Below are positions 41,270-55,756 of a stretch of DNA of 64,000 bases, piece after piece (the stretch's first letter is position 1; each line of letters begins with the position of its first letter). The stretch is from Octopus sinensis (Eukaryota), in contig NC_043008.1 of the NCBI RefSeq assembly GCF_006345805.1, positions 69,006,001-69,070,000 on the forward strand, in the 5' to 3' direction. Below the pieces are notes generated by a model. That model searched no databases, was not told the DNA's origin, and saw only the letters and a program-made list of their open reading frames with translations. The translations under genes and the position numbers were made by a program.

Positions 41270-41681
41270 ATACTCTTTTACTCTTTTACTCTTTTACTTG
41301 TTTCAGTCTTTTGACTGCGGCCATGCTGGAGCACCACCTTTAATCGAGCAACTCGACTACGGGACTTATTCTTTTGTAAGCCCAGTACTTATTCTATCGG
41401 TCTCTTTTGCCGAACCGCTAAGTAACGGGGACATAAACACACCAGCATCGGTTGTCAAGCAATGCTAGGGGGACAACACCAGACACACAACACACACATG
41501 CATATATATATATACATATATACGACGGGCTTCTTTCAGTTTCCGTCTACCAAATCTACTCACAAGGCTTTGGTCGGCCAGAGGCTATAGCAGAAGACAC
41601 TTGCCCAGATGTCACGCAGTGGGACTGAAGCCGGAACCATGTGTTGGTAAACAAGCTACTTACCACACAGCCACTCCTGCG

Positions 41682-41685
<4 letters not shown>
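41270..41685 (-). mobile_element. Complete SINE family A/B: tRNA head, internal (TA/TG)n, body, LINE-like 3' stem-loop and (aaaagagt)n tail
   Basis: Head 41520-41685 and body 41290-41495 lie in the same order and orientation as at 48840-49240. Confidence 0.9.
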
Positions 41686-41752
<67 letters not shown>

Positions 41753-41809
41753 ATATATATTATACATGCATGTAGGGGTACAAGACGTCACCAAGAGGAA
41801 ATATGAAGA

Positions 41810-42443
41810 TAAATGAGTTCAATACGCAAAGAATGAGAGAAACAAATGGAAAACAAGACAAGTAACGCAAAGAACGACACTTCATCAGCTGTCGTTTGTC
41901 TATCTACTCCTCATTTCGATCATTGAACGACTATATGAGTTCTCGAAAGCTGTTGCTCCCATAAATAACAATATAAAATCTGGGATTTATGGAGGGTCAA
42001 AGTTGGGAACAAAAAGGAAACCGAACGAAAACAAACTATTTTACTTGAACGAGGGTAAAATAGCGAACGCTGGAGAAATATTTTCTTTGACAACAGAAAA
42101 CATAAAAGAGTGAGATAGAATACGTCGAGTCCTTAGGACATCCCTGAAAGAAAAAAAGATGATCACGTGAGGAAAAGAAAGATGTACGATGGTTACGTGT
42201 GAGCAACGAAAGAGAGTGAGAGAAAAAGAGAAAGAGGGGAGAGGTAGTGACAGATAGAAAACGGTGACGGGGAGAAAAAGAAAATTAGAGAAAAGGCTGG
42301 GAGAGAAAACCATGGGGGAGAAAAGAAGTATAGAGAAGTGTCGCATCAAAATGATTATAAAAAACTTACTTGGAAATAGATGCGTGGCGTTCAATCAAAT
42401 AATAATATAAATAATATTTATAAGCATATATATAAATGTATAT

Positions 42444-42520
<77 letters not shown>

Positions 42521-42729
42521 CATTATGCATATATGGGTACAGAAATTCGAATTATGCATACATGGGTACATGAAATGCGAAAAAAAATGCGATCAATAAT
42601 GAAAAGTAACGAGAGAAACAAGTGGAAAACAGGACAAGTACACCAAAGAACGACCCTTCATCAGTTGTCAGCTGTCTATCTCGTATTTCCTGATCTTACT
42701 GTGGTGACGTCCTGTACCCTATATGCATA

Positions 42730-42785
<56 letters not shown>

Positions 42786-43280
42786 TATATATATATATAT
42801 ATTATTCATATTATTATGTGATTGCACGCCATGCATCCATTTCCAAGTAAGTTTATTTTAATCTCCTGAAGCGACTCTTCGTTTTTTCTCCCATCCTTTT
42901 CTCTAATTCTCTTTTTATCCCTGTCACTGTTTTCTATGTTTCTCTCTTTCCCCTCTTTCGCATTTTCTCTCTTTCGTTGCTCACACGTGACGATCGTCTG
43001 TCTTTCTATTCCTCACGTGATCATCTTCCTTTTCTTTCACGACTGTTCTAAGGACTGGATGTATTCTATCTCTTATTTATGTTTTCTTTTGTCAAAGAAA
43101 ATATTTCTCCAGCGTTCGCTATTTTACCCACGTTCTGGTAAAATAGTTTGTTTTCGCTCGGTTTCCTTGTATGTCTCCAGTGTCCTGTTTTTGTTCCCAA
43201 CTTCGACCCTCCATAAATCGCAAATTTTATTTTGGTACTTACGGGAGCAACTGCCTTCGACGACTCAAACTACATGAATA
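41810..43280. mobile_element. Repeat family G: inverted pair (about 41935-42400 and 42820-43280) plus a partial copy at 42590-42700
   Basis: Shared blocks such as atagcgaacgctggagaaatattttctttgaca / tgtcaaagaaaatatttctccagcgttcgctat; ctgatgaag on the - strand at 41880-41888 and 42656-42664. Confidence 0.8.
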
Positions 43281-43562
43281 TCCCAACTGCTACAAAATTT
43301 AAACCAAGATAGATGGATGGGATGGCCTTGGCGTCGAAGATTTTAAATTAATCACAACTGGATCTCATTATGCAAACAGACAAGCGCATAATTAAATACC
43401 TCTACTTTTGGAGAACCACGTTGGGTGGAAACAATTACAGTGATTAAAAAACAAGTGTCTAACCGTACTCCTTGTTGACTCCAATTTCGTCAATTATATA
43501 TGTGTGTGCAATACATATATATGCACACTCATATATATATATATAATATATATAATATATAT

Positions 43563-43599
<37 letters not shown>

Positions 43600-44099
43600 G
43601 GTGTGTGTGTGTGTATATTGATACATACACAAATACACGCACACACACGCATACATACACTTCCACCGATATACATACATTTATAGATTTATATCCCAGC
43701 ATTCCTTGCATACACATATTTATACTCATGTACATATACACAAATATACCTACACATAATTGACGATTTCTCTCGCTTGACAGCGTTAGGTTAAATCAAT
43801 AGTTTTCACTCCCACACATTCATTATACACATATTCATATTCTTTTATTTCACACTAAAATGCATATATTTATATATGTCGTCACTCTTGGTCTCAACCA
43901 TATGCATTTCTCCATGTCACTCAAGCAGTCACTTTCCATTCTCCTAAACAACTGTACCGAGCAAATCAGTTATCATGGCATTATACAATTTAGGTGGACA
44001 GCAATACAAATAATATCATTTAAACATACCAATAAATATACTGCAACATTATAATAGCATTTCTGAGTAAATAACGGATTGATATAACTAAATGACCAT

Positions 44100-46480
44100 A
44101 GATACATAGAAATTATTACAAATTTGACCTAATTCAGGTGAACAACATTATAATCATGCCTGTCGAAACAATCACTACATAATATTATTTGAAGTGTCAT
44201 TTCCATGCAGAAGTTACATTACATACTTTTGAGTATACGTTTTATGGTTTTGCATTCCGTAGTTTTGTCGAAACCGTGCTGTATTTTTCCGTTTGAGTTC
44301 CAGTATAAGGTCTGCGAGTGATACGCATTGTCGCTTGCAGCTTTCTGTAAATAATGCAGCATGGTTCTTCCAGCAGTTCTTCAATGTTTAGCTAGTTGCA
44401 ACTATATATGCATATATATGGGCATTTGGTTTTACGGTTCATTTATATGTTTCTACGTAGACATTCATTCGCCAAAGGACATACTTATTTATTCCTACAA
44501 TTACATTTTTACTTTATTATTTGCAACCAGTTTTCGCCTTATATTTGTTTTCATATCTTTCCTCTTATTGTGATTATTATTGTTATTGACAGCACTACTA
44601 TTATTAGTGTTGAATCCTTTCTCGTTGTTACTCCTATTATCAATCCTAATGTCGACATTTATACTTACATTAAGATTATCTGAACAGATTTATCCTCCGT
44701 TTCCCAGCATTATTATCTTCTCCACTCCTTGGAGATACGCTATTCCAGACGATATTTTTTAGAGTTTACGCTTACTATATTCAACTTTCTATTATCTACT
44801 TTATGAATTTTGTATTCAAGGTTTTTATTATGTTTCATATGACAATTTCACCATATGCCTGTCAGAGGAAAATGCAGAGGAAAATTTTAGATGCTACGTG
44901 TAGTCCAAACACTGAACTATAAGATGTCACCTTAATTAGATTTGATATTAAGTTTGGTGTAATCATTATCTTCCTTAGTAGAATCATTACTTATAGAATA
45001 AAAGTAGGCATTGTGTTCCTATTTCAAACTGCCTTTCTTCTATCTTTATTACTTTTGTATTCATTCTAATCAAACTATCAGATTCTGATTCTAAGTTTAT
45101 GCTTTTCCTTCCTAGATATCTACCTAAGATTTGCACCATATTTATGTTCACTAGTAGAACTATCTCTATATCTCTTCTCTTTTCCTTATTTTCATCTTTA
45201 TATTGATTAATTATAATATAGCTAAGTGAATACTTAAGTTTTTTTACTGTATCTAGCACTGGCCAGTGCCGCATGGTAATACCTAACGTGCGATTAAATA
45301 TTTTTCAGTTGCAGATAACCTGCAAATTCTATTGGATATACGTTTCAAAATGCTTTTAAATACAGAGTGCGTATGATATAATTTTTTTTAAACCTTAGAT
45401 TCTCAGTTGGTTTGTAGTATGATTAAAAAATCTCTGTGTTTAAATTAAGTGTTACGTCTAGAAAACGTACGTCTTTGTGATCATTCTCAATTGTAATGGA
45501 CTGTTCTAAATTTTTGGAGAATTTTTATATTTTTTCCCATATCGTCCCATTTTCACTTAACTACAATCTTCTGCTAGAAAAATAACGTCATTCCTGCTTA
45601 ACCTAGGAAACCAGGATTCCATCTGGAAAAGAATGTAAAAGCCGACGAGATCAGTGACCTGCGCTGGTCATTTGATCCATCCCATCGTTATGTTAAAACA
45701 ATCCATTGTATTGGATCTTATCCCTGACTTATTATCGTAAGCAATTATTGTATTACGGGCAACTAGTATAATATCTATCTCATGTCTGGATAAATTAGAG
45801 TTGCGCTTCACGAATATAAGTGCATTATTAAGTTTTATCGGATTGATATTGGAATAGCAATTAGAGATATCTAGATGTATAAACTTGCAGCTATTTTTAT
45901 TGTCCAGGCTTTTAAACCAAGGAATAATATCTAGTGTGTCAGACCACAGCGTAAGCTTAATTATGGATCTCAGCGTTGATAAAATTTTATTTATAATAGT
46001 TTTACTGATTTAACCTACCTCCACTTTAGACGGGCATATTAATCTAATTGATGGATAGCTGTGGAAATTACTCTTATGGTTTTTAAGATTAATTCTAGGT
46101 CATCAAGGTGTATATAGTTTTATTCTGTCTTCAATTCCCAGCTCTGTAATTATTTCATGTCCCTTCTTATTTATCTCATTTAATGTTTCACTTAGTGTAT
46201 AATTATATTTACTATTAAGTTCTTTAATGATAAGTTTTTTAATATGTTTCAATGTCGGCATAATATGAATTTCCGGTTTTATCAGCGTGTACTAATACAC
46301 CTCTTGCATATTTCAGGTCTTCAGTATAGTCTAAATTTCTGGTTGTTTGCCTAAGGAATTGTTTCCAAATCTGACATTCTTAATTATATTATATGGTTTC
46401 TCCCCAAACAGTGCAAGATGTCGATTAGGTGGGCGGTTCCTCAGTGATTTAAATGTATTCTTTAGTTTTTCTTCGAATTA
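44100..46480 (-). mobile_element. Nearly full-length but heavily decayed Penelope-like element (RT plus GIY-YIG)
   Basis: VLVHADKTGNSY (46266-46298); LKNHKSNF..YPSIRLICPSKVEVG; LWSDTLDIIPWF; FIHLDISNCYSNI; FNITMG (about 45685); DLVGFYIL; FLDVTL (45453-45464); RICRLS; CNCRNK*VCPLANECL (about 44460-44505); CNFCME. Confidence 0.85.
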
Positions 46481-46789
46481 TTTCTTATTATCCATTTTAA
46501 TTTTCTTGTCAAAGATATCTTGAACGAGGATAAAATAGCGAATCTTCCAGTTGCTTCAAGTATTTCCTCTTACTCGGTGTATACATAGATACTTCATCTT
46601 ACTCTTTATGTACCGTTACGATAGCGAATTATCCGGGTATGGAATAATAATCAATATTATTTTATATCATCTGGGTAATGACTTCATAACGGGCATCTCA
46701 AAGCTTCTATATGGTTATCGGCTACTATATGCCATCGTACAACTGGATAACTCTTTTTACTGGATATACTTGAAGAAATCCGTTAATGC

Positions 46790-47400
46790 ACGCAGAATTC
46801 ATGTAAAAATAGCTGTACAAATAAGAAGATCGAAGGAACAGGCTTTAATAAAAAATCACAGCACTTGACTCTGTGCTTTAGTAACAGCTGTTAATTGCTG
46901 AGTTTTCCATATTATACATATTATTATATGAATATTATATAAATATGGTCTTTCAGATTCTGTATACTCGCACGCCATCAGGTAAGTGGCTTTGAGAGCA
47001 CTGCAAAATTATGTCCAGTTTCCCATTGTTGATATTTTGCTAATTATATTTGATACTTTTTATTTTTATTTTTATTTCAACTGACTAGTTTTGGCTTATT
47101 TATTTTACAACCTATATTTTTGATTATTATTTCCATTAATTTACTTCAATCTACGTATTACTATTTATGAAGAGATTGCTAAAAATATAATATGGGTATA
47201 AGAAATGCTGAATTGGACGGGATCCAGCAGTGCTTGCAAAGCCACTCTCCTGAGGATGCGCAAGTACAATGATACTGTTGGGTCATATTTATATTGTAAT
47301 ATGATATGGAACACTTAGCAACAGCTATTACTAATGCACAGAAACAATTGTGTTTGTGATTAAAGCCTGTTCCTTCCATCTTGTTTTATGACTTTTTACA
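46790..47400. repeat. Inverted pair of family H repeats (about 46790-47035 / 47175-47400) at the 5' side of the PLE
   Basis: ggaacaggctttaat / attaaagcctgttcc plus the conserved catcagg...agtggct...agcact block, in opposite orientations. Confidence 0.75.
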
Positions 47401-48503
47401 CACACACATATATATATGCATGTGTGTGTGTGTGAAAAGGTTTTTTTCAGTATGGACGTAATTGAATTAGCTTACAATGACAGTGGATATCTACAGGTGA
47501 CAAGGGGAGAAAACTCTGAAATCATGTGATCTATCAGTTTCCTCCCAGTGCTGGACACATTTTGTCTGCAGTTGATCTTCTGTATTTTCTTTTATCATAC
47601 TGTACCATGTATGCAATATAATGTTTAAGGGATGAAAATTAAATGAAGGAAAGTAGAAAACATGATTTTATTTAACAGATCCAGATACAAATTAACATAA
47701 TTCTAAGCAGAGTGTGTTTAATCTTTATCAGTTCACATAGAGACAACTTTTAATCTTTATCAGTTTATTTTTAATCATTTAGACTACTTTTAACACACAA
47801 TATGCAAAGTAACCATTTCAGAAACAGGGTCTGTTGACTCAATACAAGGCACAGTATATTGCATACTATTTCCGAAATTCTGAATGGCGGATAAAAGGTC
47901 CGGTACTGAATGAGAAGACTATAACCCTTTTTTTTTAGAATATTCAGTTTCCGATGCAATTAGAACCGTTAGCATTGAACTCATAAACTCTCCCCTGCAT
48001 ATTTTGTGAATAATTGAAAAGGATCCTTAATGCTAAAATACAGGATTTCAATTCAAAGAATCAGCCAGACTGATGACAAATTATCTGGCTTTCACTTTCC
48101 GCAATTTTTACCGCTTTTATTATAATACAAGATTTTATATTCTATTTAGTTATTCACTATTGATATCTATTAGGATCTAATTTCTTTAGTCATTGAAAAT
48201 TTTTTGCTGTCTTTGTCTATATAACAGACATATTGTTCTGATTTTTGAATGCTGAAGTTCTTCATCATCTATATCGTTGTGTAACCAATGTAAAATCTTT
48301 TATCATGTTGTATACAGCTTCTAAAATGCTCCAACATATGTATAGATACAGCACTAACACATCTCATCGAGGATTTATAACAACGGAAGTCAATGCTGCA
48401 GTAAGCATACACACGCGCACACACTCACATATATATATATATACATAGATATATATATAAATATATGTATATATATATATATATAATATATTATATAATA
48501 TAT

Positions 48504-48603
<100 letters not shown>

Positions 48604-48612
48604 CACACATAC

Positions 48613-48645
<33 letters not shown>

Positions 48646-48794
48646 ATATAATATAATATAATATAATATTATATAATATAATATTATATATATATATGAC
48701 CACTGGTGTTAAGATTGATGTTATTAAATTAATATCCAATTTTTCACACTCATTTTGATTTTAAATATATATATATATCGATATATATACATAA

Positions 48795-48839
<45 letters not shown>

Positions 48840-49046
48840 CTTCTTTTTATTCTTTTACTTGTTTCAGTCATTTGACTGCGTCATACTGGGGCATCGCCTT
48901 TAGTCGAAGAAATCAAGCTCCAGGACTTATTCTATCGTTCTCTTTTGCCGGACAGCTCAGTTACGGGGACGTAAACACACCAGCACCAGCGATGATAGAG
49001 GACAAACACACGCACACTCTCTCTCACACACACATATATACATACT

Positions 49047-49083
<37 letters not shown>

Positions 49084-49240
49084 GACGAGCTTCTTTCAGT
49101 TTCCGTCTACCAAATCAGCTCACAAGGCTATGGTCTACCCGAGGCTATAGTTGAAGGCACTTGCTCAAGGTGCCAGGTAGTCGGACTGAACCGGAAACCA
49201 TGTGGTTGGGAAACAAGCTTCCAACCACACAGCAATGCCT
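48840..49240 (-). mobile_element. Complete SINE family A/B
   Basis: Same architecture as 41270-41685. Confidence 0.9.
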
Positions 49241-50180
49241 GCACACACACACACACACACACACACACGTATTTGTATATGTCATAAGTAAGTATATTGA
49301 CATTGGGATATTACAATTCGTTTCTGTAATAAATGTTTTAATTTACCAGTATGTTGTATGGCCTAAAAAAAACAAATCTATCATTATAGATATATGCCTA
49401 TCGATCCATCTGTCTGTTATTGACTCCCGCAATCTCTCACTCACACAACCTGCGCCATATTTATATATTTATAGAGTCAGAGAGTTATACAAAGGGAGAT
49501 AGAAGGCTGAAGGCAAAAATTTATATATTTAAGCATACTTTAAAAATATAATATCTATGTTAAGACGATCTATTCTTTTATGAAAAAGAGGTCTTTTGTA
49601 TTCTATTCTATATACGTGTGCCTTTTGTGTGGGTGTGAACGCATACGTATAAATGTGTAAATATATTTATAAATATACATACATATATTCATATACACAC
49701 AAACACATATGTAAGTAATAAAATATATATGCTTATATATATATATGTTTAAATATTTATACGATATATACATACATCTACGCGCTCGCAAAAAGACACA
49801 CACACACACACACACACACATGTGTGTGCGTAATATTGAATAGGACATCAAGCGTATAGTTGTAGCATCAGCAGATACAAACTTTATTAAGTACGGAAAA
49901 AGGAAAGTATGTATGTATGTATGTATGTAACATATATACATATGCATATATATATGTGTGTGTATATATGTGTATGTGTATGTTTGTGCATGTACGTGCC
50001 TATTTGATTATGTACAAGATGTCAAACTTGTAGTTGTATTAATACACACATATATATATAGTACTGAATAAAGATTAGTGTTAAGCCCATCTTCTCTTTC
50101 CTTCATCAATTATATATATATATAACGTTTTCTCACTCTTTCCTCCTGCATCTATATATATATTATATATATATATATAT

Positions 50181-50227
<47 letters not shown>

Positions 50228-50269
50228 ATGCAGAGGAAAGAGTGAGAAAAAGTTTTGCTGAAAAATTAG

Positions 50270-50412
50270 GCAGGAGTTCGCCATTACCTTCTGCCGGACC
50301 TGCGTGGAGCTTCAGTGTTTCGCTGATAAACACATATCACTCGGTCTGAGATTTGAACCCGCCATCCCTCGACCGCGTATCCACTGCTCTAACCACTAGG
50401 CCATGTGCCTCC
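50270..50412 (-). mobile_element. tRNA-like SINE head, same family as 33843-34211
   Basis: Reverse complement gtggaggcacatggcctagtggttagagcagtgg...gggttcaaatctcagaccg...agctccacg. Confidence 0.8.
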
Positions 50413-50519
50413 ACAAACACACACACACTTGTGAAAATTGTGGCTGTAGTAGCATGGGACATACTATTTTATTAGGAACTGAGTATGTGCATTTGGACAT
50501 GTATGTATATGTGAGTGAC

Positions 50520-50725
50520 TGCGTGTGTACCGTTGGCGATTTTTTTCCCTCCGTCTTCCCTTCTTTGGATCTTTCCTCTTTCCTTTGTTTCTGCCGAAGA
50601 GCTCCGCTCGAAACGTTAAACCCTCCTTTTTTCCTTCTTTCCTGAGCGTCCAATAATACTATACTTGTTCCACGTCCTCGCGTTGTTGTGTTTTCTCTTT
50701 GTGTTTTCATGTTTGGATTAACTAT
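50520..50725 (+). mobile_element. Family E short element (diverged subfamily) with hammerhead-like motif (50587-50621)
   Basis: gtttctgccgaagagctccgctcgaaacgttaaac...cctgagcgtccaataatac. Confidence 0.8.
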
Positions 50726-50889
50726 ATATATATGTACCTATATGTATGTGTGCATGTCTATACATGTGTGTGTTGATACCACCACGCGATATATTAGTTT
50801 TCATTATGAAATAAAGAAGCATGTGTGTGTGCTTATAATACCATGGCATATCGAAACATTTTAATTGAACGCGCTCACAGGCACACACA

Positions 50890-50931
<42 letters not shown>

Positions 50932-50936
50932 ACACA

Positions 50937-50984
<48 letters not shown>

Positions 50985-51544
50985 TATGTTATCATGTAAT
51001 TATATCTTGCTAACTGCAAAATTTTTTTCCACTCTAAATCATGGGTGTCTGAAAAAGGATGTGTTAGCTGATCAAGCTGTAGACAGCAAAGGGGGAGAAA
51101 TATATCAATTATTATCGACGTTGTTAATATTCAGAAAAATAATTATAAGACATATCTCTTGAAACTATCATAAATGTCTAATGTTTTTGTGCTTTCTGTT
51201 TCATGGGGTTCAATTTTCTTTTTTCGAGTTCTTTTTTGTATATATTTTCCTTGTATTAGGATGGCAAGCATATATTTCAAAATTCCAGTTTTCAAATTTT
51301 GTACAGTCTCTTCGTAATATATAAATAATATAGATTGTACATATATCGATATTTGCATCAAAACGTTTTCATTTATATATATGGCCAGATAACCGAAGAG
51401 ATGGTGTTGTGGATTTCCACTTCGGCATCCGAAACTCAGAGTTTTATCTTGGCTATTGAATAATTGTCACATATTAATTTACAGATATATAATATATATA
51501 GACACACAGATACATACATATACACACATATATCCTTGCATGTC

Positions 51545-51597
<53 letters not shown>

Positions 51598-51659
51598 TAT
51601 ATATATGCTTTATTTTGGTTTATTATTTATTGTAATTATTATTTTTAATTATTAATCTG

Positions 51660-52720
51660 CATGTTTGTTACAATTATTTGCCGAGGCTCACTCGGAGTCT
51701 TAGGTCGAGTGAAGGATAAGATACGTTACAGCATGACTGAAAGCTTGGGGAGGCGTAGTAGCAGGGGCAGTAGCGAAATATTTTCATGTACTACAGCACA
51801 AACATTTAAATGGATAGGGTTTTTCTAAGGATGTTGGCAGTACTTGTCAGCACAATGTTTTGGATTTCTGAGACATGGTCTTCCTGGGATCTTATCTGGA
51901 TGTTTCTGAGATCCGCCTTTATTTATCATACCTAAGGCACCTAAAATAACAGGAACAGTTCTCGCTTAAAGATGCCACATCTTTTGCACTTCAGTTCGCA
52001 GGTGTTTATATTTACTTAATTTATTTATCCTTTACAGATATATTTTTATCAGTGGGAACACTTACACCTATTAGTCTGCAAGAATTTTCTTACCTGTGTT
52101 CAATAGTTATGTCTGGTCGATTAGTCTAGATAGTTCTGTCGGTGTTGACTGGAAAATCCCAGAGGATAGTGATATTTTTACCTTCAACGTCTAGCTCCGA
52201 ATGATGTTTATACCATTAAGCAGAAGTGTTGATTTTGTAGTGTTTACATATTTTCCGAATATAAATACTTTCCTACCCTAACATGGCGATTTTTGTATTC
52301 ATTCGGCGTCAGCACAAGACATCCCTAGACGAGACGGTCTATTGTTTCATAAAATATATCGCAGAATCTGTATTTAAGGTCAGAACCGTTTTGAAGAACC
52401 TTAGACTGGTAGTTTTTGCTAAGCAAGCTTTGATCTTGTACCACCAATATGAAACCTTCAGTCTCTACTTTCAATCCAGAACTTCTCAGCCACTGATGGT
52501 TTTTTTTTGGTCTACATCAGCATTTCGACTTCGAAGTACATACTGTCCATGCAGAGGCTTCTGGTTCTACTGCTTCTCAATTTGTTTCTACCCGTTCGTC
52601 TTTGCAGTCTGCCTGATCTGTTTTGCTTGTTTTGAGACAGTAGTTTCAGGTTTACATCTAATTCAGGGTTAATTAGAACCCTGAATTGCATTAGAACAAC
52701 AAGAAGAAAATTTTTTTCCT
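51660..52720 (-). mobile_element. Degenerate R4/Dong-like non-LTR retrotransposon, 3' portion (zinc knuckle plus RLE)
   Basis: WLRSSGLKVETEGFILVVQDQSL (about 52420-52490); RFC...ETI...GC...YKNRH; ILWDFPVNTDRTI*TNRPDI; KYKHLRTEVQKMW...VPVILGALG. 3' UTR motif resembles 36845-36870. Confidence 0.85.
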
Positions 52721-52729
52721 GAGAGATCT

Positions 52730-55592
52730 TGCTGCATGCAATCAAGCCCTATGCATAGGACTCGTCGAAACGCATCTCAGCCCTGATATAGAGGATGCAG
52801 AAGTATACGTACCAAAATATACCATACTGCGAACAGACAGAAGTAAAGGGAGCCATAGTGGAACTGTTGTATACATCCGTGAAACCTCACACTCCAGATC
52901 TTACTGTCATACTCAGATTCACTATGTGTCACTCTAATTGTATACATAAGACAACAGAATATCGTCATATGCAATAAATATCGCCCGTTGGATGCTCGAA
53001 AACACATAGGTAAGTTTGAAGATCGCCTCACAAAAATTAGAGAAATCCTCATGAAATTGGAACACCGTGTGAGCATATTTGTTGAGTGATTTCAACTTCT
53101 CAATGTCAAATTGCTCGAAGGCCTCATGCTCTCAGTAATGACTCTTTGCAAACAAATATAGGTGGATTTACTGCTCAACCTCACCAAAGCCCTATTCATG
53201 GAGCAAGTTCTACTCAGGTTAACTGGAGCGAATAACATTTTGGATCACTGCTTCACAAACAATATGGACATCGTTTATCATGTAAAAGTGACACCGACAT
53301 TAGTTTCGGATCACAACATTATCGAGCTATGTATGTAAAAAAAGTAACCAGAGACATATAGCCTAAAGGAAGCACTCAAAATCTCTCCTATCTGAACTTC
53401 TGAAAAGCAGACTGGAAATCGATCCAAGAAGTAATCCTCAGTGAGGACTGGCTGAAATGTCTCTCCACACCAGACATTGGCATGAAACAAGAATATTTCA
53501 TGACTGTTATGCAAACCATATGCCAGAAATATGTCCCGGAACATAAGGCCAACACAAAAAGGAACAGGATTCCAAGGGCGAGGAAGATCCTCATGAGACG
53601 ATGGACGAAGATTGAAAATCACTTCAACCAACATTCCAAAAGTAGTGAAAGGTCCTGCCTAAAAACAACACCGATAGAGATTGAAAAAATGCCTTCAACA
53701 ATCCTATGTGAGGGAGAGAGCAAAGAAGCCTGGGTTATAACTAACATTAAATCAAACCCAAAGTCTTTCATTATCCCAAAGAAACAGACTCAGTACGCTG
53801 CAAAATAAGACCCCTCTTTCAAAAGGATAGCTCCCTCACAAATAGTCCAAGTAGGATCAGTGAGGTACTGAATGACCAGTTCAAAAGTATCTTTACCACC
53901 CCGTTGGAATACAGATAAGTAAACGATCCAGTGGATTTCTTTTTCACCTCACCTATAACCAACTAGGCAGTTACGATGGATTACAACGACATTAGCAAAT
54001 ATATACTACTAGCCGTAGATGAGATGGACACAAACTCAACTGCTGGTTCTGATGGTTTCCCAGTAATCCTCCTCAAATCGTGTACGCGTGTCCTGGTGAA
54101 TCCTCTACAGATTCTCTTCGAGAGCTTTCTTACAAATGGCAGACTTCCCATCAAACGGAGATGCCAAAACTATTTCTCTGACTTCCCACATCAGCAAGGT
54201 CATGGAACGGGTTGTCAGAGGGAAAATAATCGCATTCCTTGATGGAAAAAAAACTTGCTGAGAGATACCCAGCATGGTTTTTCACAAGTAGGAACTGTCT
54301 GACCCAGCTCTTACAGTACTTAGACTGGGTGTTGAAGCAGTTGCTCAAGAACTCAAATATGGACGTAATATACCTTGACTTTGCAAAAGCTTTTGATAAA
54401 GTGAATATGCCACAAACCGCGTGATCTTGGCATAGCTGGAAAACTTGGAGAGGTTACATGAATTTCTAAAAGATAGAAGTCAAGCAGCAGTGGCCAATCG
54501 ACCCATCTCAAAGAAACACAAATAGTGAGCGGTGTTCCACAGGGCACTATCTTGGGACCACTGCTTTTCATTGTGGACCTCTCAGATATGCCCTCAGCTG
54601 TCCGGATAGCTACCCTTGATAGCTACGCAGACGATACGAAAGTCTCGCAGAAAATACAGAACCCCAGCGATATTGCACACCTGCAGCAAGAGTTGGACTC
54701 AATTTACAGATGGGCTCAGAACAATAAGATGCAGATTAACGCTGAAAAATTCTAAGCCCTGCGCTATCAACGTCCAAAACTGAATATAAAACTAACAGGG
54801 TTCACTGGTCCGCAGGGGATTACAATCCTAGAGCATAAATCAGTAATGGACCTGGGTATCGACATGAGTGATGGTACCTCTTTCCAAGTGCACATTACAG
54901 GATGGTGACAAAGAGCAGACAACTGGCTGGATCCTGAGAAAGTTCAGAGCCAGAAAGAAATAAACAATGATGGTCCTCTGGAGGACATTCGTCCTCAGTC
55001 GCCTGGACTACTGATCCCAGCTATGGTCACCCAACAGTGTAAAATTAACAAGGGACTTTGAAGCATTCCAGCGAGGCTTCATAAAGAAGATCGTCCCGTT
55101 GCAGCAGCTCAGCTACTGGGAAAGGCTGAAACAGCTAAGACTCTACATCCTGGAGCGAAGGCGGGAGTGGTATGCATTAATATATATCTGGAAGATCCTG
55201 GAAGAAATTGTGCCAAATTTTGGCATTGAAAGCTAAACCAGTGTCACAATGGGTCGACAATGAACAGTGCCAAAGATCCCAGCAATGCCATCACGCTTCT
55301 GGTCCACTTACTGCAACAGCCCGGTTTTCAGGGGTCGACAACTTTTTAATATTCTCCCAAAGAGCCTGAGGGACAAACACAAAGTGGATGTAGGTGTTTT
55401 CAAATCAAAATTGAACCTCTTCATGTCGACAGTCCCAGATGAACTTAGCTCGCGGCAAGAGGTGCGGTGCAAATGGGAGTTGCGATAGCAAACTCCCTTA
55501 TTCACAAAAAGTCAAATATTAGAGGAGGCTCTCAATAATTACAAAACGGTGGTGCCCCAGCATGGCCGCAGCTTTGAGCTGAAACTACAAAG
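52730..55592 (+). mobile_element. CR1-group LINE (family 1): decayed, internally deleted ORF2 from APE endonuclease to 3' end
   Basis: IGLVETHLSPDIEDAEV..YRP; NILDHCFTN..SDH; DVIYLDFAKAFDKV; SGVPQGTILGPLLFI..YADD; 3' ggtggtgccccagcatggccgcagctttgagctgaaac. Confidence 0.9.
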
Positions 55593-55685
55593 AAAAAATG
55601 CATGTATATATATATATATATAATATATACATATGCACATATACATATATATGTATATATATATGTATATGTATATACATATATG

Positions 55686-55754
<69 letters not shown>

Positions 55755-55756
<2 letters not shown>

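Noticed and set aside
41860-41940. Type II hammerhead in family G (gaaa...ctgatgaag on the - strand)
   Set aside because: A stem II can be drawn only by combining two copies, and stems I and III do not form.
48063-48092. agccaga-CTGATGA-caaatta-tctggct as a C/D snoRNA or ribozyme
   Set aside because: It is too short, with no D box, guide region or GAAA.
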